Positions 60,432 through 64,000 of a DNA stretch of 64,000 bases are shown here, piece after piece (the first letter of the stretch is position 1; each line of letters starts with the position of its first letter). Both the position numbers and the translations under genes were made by a program. The notes beneath the pieces were generated by a model. That model ran no database searches. It saw nothing but the letters and a program-made list of their open reading frames with translations, and was not told where the DNA came from. Where the stretch lies: positions 241-64,240 of the forward strand of contig JBBEBM010000068.1 in NCBI GenBank assembly GCA_040882355.1, in the 5' to 3' direction. The stretch comes from Dehalococcoidia bacterium. Its GTDB lineage: Bacteria; Chloroflexota; Dehalococcoidia; DSTF01; RBG-16-68-14.

Positions 60432-61010
60432 TTATTCGACACCGGGCAGTCCCTGAACGTCTACGTCTATGCGGGTGAGGGGCGCGTCGCGTCCCTGGCG
60501 ACGATCCTGCAGGGCCTGGAGCTCATGCAGAGCGTGTAGGAGCTGGCGACTGAGTCTTGCCTCGTACTTTGAGAGGGTCTGGAGGACCTGGGCCTCCGGA
60601 AGAACCGCGGGCGGCTCAGGCGGCAGACGTGGTGCAGGGAGCGTCTCGGAGACCTCCTCGGGGAAGAATTGGCGACCGAGAGAAAGGACGAGCGCGGCCG
60701 GCGGGCTGACGGCGGGTCCGCCTTCGAACGCGCGCCGCCTGGCTATGGCGATGGCGGCATCGCGCTCGGCGCGGGGGGCGCGCCGGAGGCGCCAGAGGAG
60801 CGTGGCGACGCGCTCAGCGAGGGCGTACTCGACGGCGCCGATGGGTGCGAGCGCGGTTAGCGCATCGGCAAGGAACTGGTCCCAATCGTTCTGTAGCTCA
60901 AGGCCAGGAATGACGATACAGGGGGAGCGAAGGCCGTGGCGGACGGCGTTCTTGCTCACGCGGGCCTTGGCCCGGGGTGACCGAGGACCGGTTTGTGTCA
61001 TAGACATCAT
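60432..61010 (-). CDS. Hypothetical protein of the TGPR..K..S.NA.RHGL family
   Basis: TGPRSPRAKARVSKNAVRHGL, WRLRRA, YEARLSRQL..ALHELQALQ. Confidence 0.75.
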   Translation of the reverse strand: MMSMTQTGPRSPRAKARVSKNAVRHGLRSPCIVIPGLELQNDWDQFLADALTALAPIGAVEYALAERVATLLWRLRRAPRAERDAAIAIARRRAFEGGPAVSPPAALVLSLGRQFFPEEVSETLPAPRLPPEPPAVLPEAQVLQTLSKYEARLSRQLLHALHELQALQDRRQGRDAPLTRIDVDVQGLPGVE

Positions 61011-61072
61011 GCTGCAAGGTGGCGCGCGATCCTGGAAGGGGTTAGTGGCGCAGGAGGGCCACGCCGGCTACC

Positions 61073-61147
61073 ACGACCCGCAGATGATCTGGCAGGCCGG
61101 GCCCGACGACCCCGGCTACGGCCTGCTCAAGCTCATCTCCTGGCGCA
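61073..61147 (+). pseudogene. Orphan 3' part A of a PNPOx-like gene homologue
   Basis: Matches 60233-60307 at 69/75 nt. Confidence 0.9.
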
Positions 61148-61207
61148 ACAGCAAGGCCCAACTTCTCAGCATGCCCTGCTCCTTGATTAAAGAGCTCAAG
61201 TAGACAA

Positions 61208-61441
61208 TTAGCCATCGACGAGCTCTGCTCTCAAGTACGGAGTCCGAAACTCATACTGAAGTGCCTCGAGGTATCTATCTCCATCACTGGGCTGGAGTCG
61301 CTCCTGTGGATTCCCTGGCTGAAGGACAACCATGGTGGCGATCATATCTAGGTCAATATCTCCTGTTACACGGAGTGATTGCCGGCGAATACTCACTTCG
61401 CCGAGTATCTTACTATCGATATCCTTAAAGATCAGCTTCAT
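61208..61441 (-). CDS. 77-aa hypothetical protein on a low-GC insert
   Basis: ATG..TAA ORF with AT-richer codons fills most of the 61148-61455 insert. Confidence 0.65.
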   Translation of the reverse strand: MKLIFKDIDSKILGEVSIRRQSLRVTGDIDLDMIATMVVLQPGNPQERLQPSDGDRYLEALQYEFRTPYLRAELVDG

Positions 61442-61455
61442 TCGGGATCCAACAT

Positions 61456-61519
61456 CATCGAGCTCTTCTCGCTCGCCGACCTGATCACCTACGCGGAGCC
61501 GCAGGTCTGGCGGCCCTAG
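61456..61519 (+). pseudogene. Orphan 3' part B of a PNPOx-like gene homologue, with its own stop
   Basis: 61456-61510 matches 60306-60360 at 47/55 nt; reads IELFSLADLITYAEPQVWRP*. Confidence 0.88.
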
Positions 61520-61520
61520 C

Positions 61521-62537
61521 TCAGGAGCGCCCGTCGTGGCGTCGCCTGGCTAGCAGGGCGGCACCCGTGGCGCCCGCGCCTGCGGCGAACGCCAGCGCAA
61601 CGAGTGCTTCCGTGACCTGAAGACCGCCTCCATGATTGGGCGCGTCGACGGCAGCGGCGTCGGCTGCTCGGCCGGGCGGCCTCGCGATGCCGCCCACGGC
61701 CGCACTCGAGGTGATGACGTGATCGTAGAGGAAGACGCTGGACCAGTCGGTGATCTCGTTCAGGAACGGGCCGAACTTGCCGTGCCCCACGCCGTCCAGC
61801 GTGTGCAGCTCGTACGTCACGCCCACTTCTTCGGCGCGGGTCACGATCGCCTGGGCCAGGCTGTAGGGCACGGTCGCGTCGTTCGTGCCGTGGACGATGA
61901 GCACGGGCGGCTCGCCCGTCTCCATCAGCGGTGTGAGCAGCCCGCCCGAGACGTCGATCACCGCGGACACATCCGACGCGTAGCCCGGGTTGCCGCTGTC
62001 GCCCGGATCGCTCGCGTTGTACCCCGCGAAGAGCGCCGTGGCCGCGCCCGCTGAGTAGCCGCCGATCGCGATGCGGTCCGCGTCGATCGCGTAGGTGCCG
62101 GCGTTCGCGCGGAACCATCGCACCGCCGCCTGGGCGTCGTGCTGCGCGTCGAGGATCGCCAGGATCTGCTGTTCCGGCGGAAAGCCGCCTTCGCGCAGGC
62201 GGTAGCTGATCGATGCCGTCACGTAGCCGCGCTTCGCGAAGCGCGTCACCATCGTGACGATATCTGGGTTCGTCTTGCTGCCGCCAACGAAGCCGCCGCC
62301 GTGGACGAAGATCAGCACCGGCCGCTCCGGCAGCGTGTCGCCCGACGGCTGGTAGAGGTCGAGTAGCAACGTCTGAGGTTCGCCGAACTCATCGATCGCC
62401 TCGCCGTACGCGATGTTCGACGTCACGGACACTGACGGGAAGACCTCGTCCAGGTAGCGGGTCTGAGCATGCGACGGACGCGCCTGGCTGACGGCCAGCG
62501 CGGAAGCGACGGCGATGAGCGCCAGGATTCTCAGCAT
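61521..62537 (-). CDS. Exported alpha/beta-hydrolase (esterase) with C-terminal membrane anchor
   Basis: Signal peptide ..PSHA-Q, LDLYQP, HGGGF, GYSAG, HGTND, GH; tail VGGIA..TM..RRR. Confidence 0.88.
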   Translation of the reverse strand: MLRILALIAVASALAVSQARPSHAQTRYLDEVFPSVSVTSNIAYGEAIDEFGEPQTLLLDLYQPSGDTLPERPVLIFVHGGGFVGGSKTNPDIVTMVTRFAKRGYVTASISYRLREGGFPPEQQILAILDAQHDAQAAVRWFRANAGTYAIDADRIAIGGYSAGAATALFAGYNASDPGDSGNPGYASDVSAVIDVSGGLLTPLMETGEPPVLIVHGTNDATVPYSLAQAIVTRAEEVGVTYELHTLDGVGHGKFGPFLNEITDWSSVFLYDHVITSSAAVGGIARPPGRAADAAAVDAPNHGGGLQVTEALVALAFAAGAGATGAALLARRRHDGRS

Positions 62538-62603
62538 GGGTCGCAAGCTAGTATAGCGAAGGGTCGCATGGCTGATCGGGCTTTGCTCCCGAGTCATGAG
62601 CTG

Positions 62604-62742
62604 CCCTCACCCGAGCTGGCGCTCACGCCTCCCCCGCGCCGGGCGGGAGAGGGGCTGCCCTCGATTCGAAGCGAAGTGGCTTGGGGAGAGGGTCACTCCC
62701 GCTTCCCGATCCGCTCGTACCACTCAACCCTCACCCCGAGCT
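62604..62742. repeat. Degenerate CCCTCACCC/GGGAGAGGG REP-like cluster
   Basis: CCCTCACCC(C)GAGCT at 62604 and 62728; GGGAGAGGG at 62645 and 62684. Confidence 0.5.
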
Positions 62743-63046
62743 ACAGGAAAGCCCTTGGGCCTCAGGCTCAGGGGCTTCTTGGCTTGAGAAGCTACAGCTT
62801 CCTCGTGCGGTGTAGCTTCGATTCACTGCCGAGTTCAGCGCAAAGCGGCAATAGGCTACGGGGCTAGGGGCCGTATAGTCTAGGCATTTAGGTGATGCCT
62901 AACCTTTTTGCTATAGGCAAAGATGCCACAGGGCTAGGGCCCTCCTCCACGCGTTCATCGCAGAGGTTCGTTAGCGCGACCTGCCAGCCGCTTCAGTGGA
63001 TTCGGAGCTCGGCCGAGAACTCCAGTCCCCGAGCGCGGCCGCCGGA

Positions 63047-64000
63047 CTACGACGAGAGTTCAGCCCGACGCGACCACCAGGCCTCGGCGGCGGTCATTGC
63101 GCTCTCGGCCTCGTGGATGCCGTCGCCCACGAGCCCTGCGGTGGCAGCCCAGTGCAAGGGTACAAGGGCTAGAGCCCCGGGGAGCCAACGGTGCTCGTCG
63201 CGAGTCAGCGGTTCCGGAGCCGTGCCTTCGTAGGCGTCGAGCAGTCGTCGCGGCTCGAGCAATTCGCCGCCATGTGCGACGTGGTGCAGGCTGGCCGCGA
63301 TGTCGTACAGCCGCTCTCTGACCCTCGCAAAATCCAGGTCGAAGGTGGCCCATGAGCCGTCTGACAGTTCTCCCGCGTTGCCCAATTTGTAGTCCCCATG
63401 AATCGGAGTGCATGGCAGTTCGACCTCCTTCCGGAGCTTGGAGAGCTCGCCAGTCAGTTGGCGCATCCGATGCACGACCGGCTCGCTGCGGGGTCCGAGC
63501 CTGCGGCGTGTAAAGCCGACCGAGTAACGCAGTTGGCCGAGGGTTCTGTGGTCGTCGAGGGGTTCGGGCGGACTGGGCTCCCAGACTGCTTTGAGCGCAG
63601 TGTGAAGGCGTCCGAGCTCCTCGAATAGGCGGACGTAGGAGTCCTCGTCCGCCCGTGGCTGCACGTGATCGATGAACTCCTCAAGCTCAGCCCAACGATC
63701 AGCGACCCTCAGGAGGTCGCAGCCGGAAATCCGAATCGGCCGAGCGACGCGGACTTGCGTCCGCTGGAGCCGCTCCCGCAGGCGCCGCAGTCCCGCTACC
63801 CGGCCGCGGCGGACCCAGGGTCTATGAACCCGGAGGACAACCGGCGGCTCAGCGTCTATCCGCACGTTGAGGTTGAACCCACCGCCGATGTCTGCCCATC
63901 CGGCCCCGCGCGCGACGCGGTCGATCAGGGCCGAGACGGCCGGGTCATCTGGGCTGGCTCTAGGTCCGAACCAGCGCGGCAAGGGAGGGGGAGAGGTCGA
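63047..64000 (-). CDS. APH/homoserine kinase type II-family phosphotransferase (start possibly outside window)
   Basis: VLRVH, LGRLH, IHGDYKLGN, FDLDF, YDIA. Frame open to the window end (TTG at 63982). Confidence 0.85.
   Translation of the reverse strand, partial: STSPPPLPRWFGPRASPDDPAVSALIDRVARGAGWADIGGGFNLNVRIDAEPPVVLRVHRPWVRRGRVAGLRRLRERLQRTQVRVARPIRISGCDLLRVADRWAELEEFIDHVQPRADEDSYVRLFEELGRLHTALKAVWEPSPPEPLDDHRTLGQLRYSVGFTRRRLGPRSEPVVHRMRQLTGELSKLRKEVELPCTPIHGDYKLGNAGELSDGSWATFDLDFARVRERLYDIAASLHHVAHGGELLEPRRLLDAYEGTAPEPLTRDEHRWLPGALALVPLHWAATAGLVGDGIHEAESAMTAAEAWWSRRAELSS

Overview
High-GC bacterial window. The host is inferred, not shown, to be Chloroflexota/Dehalococcoidia-like, from the F420-dependent enzymes, the tmRNA tag GEQQLALAA and the gene style. 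Bases 1-33 kb hold a large steroid/lipid-type CoA catabolic region: a KstD-like flavoprotein, a FadA5-like thiolase, igr-operon-like modules (paired acyl-CoA dehydrogenases, MaoC hydratases, Ltp2-like aldolases, DUF35), CaiB/BaiF CoA transferases and F420 LLM enzymes. This region is interrupted by small lower-GC cargo: an AbrB-VapC TA pair, a CapRel-like fused toxSAS defence gene and a methyltransferase. Bases 33-64 kb are a mosaic of a LAL regulator, peptidases, a GH78 rhamnosidase, ABC systems, a frameshifted PEP-utiliser plus MFS, typA and the tmRNA gene. The most striking unexplained pattern is repeated integrase-free 3'-end replacement. Diverged orphan copies of gene 3' ends, with their own stop codons or CCA ends, lie downstream of two F420-family enzyme genes (beyond inserted cargo) and of ssrA (two extra tmRNA 3' ends, one folding as an Ala-minihelix). 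Also found: an unannotated 31-aa peptide gene with promoter, RBS and terminator between an M20 peptidase and a tandem-GNAT/ABC-exporter pair; a MITE family; an in-frame repeat insertion in an enzyme; an apparent ACG start codon; and a candidate VGG C-terminal sorting signal. All protein calls come from motif recognition, with no database search.
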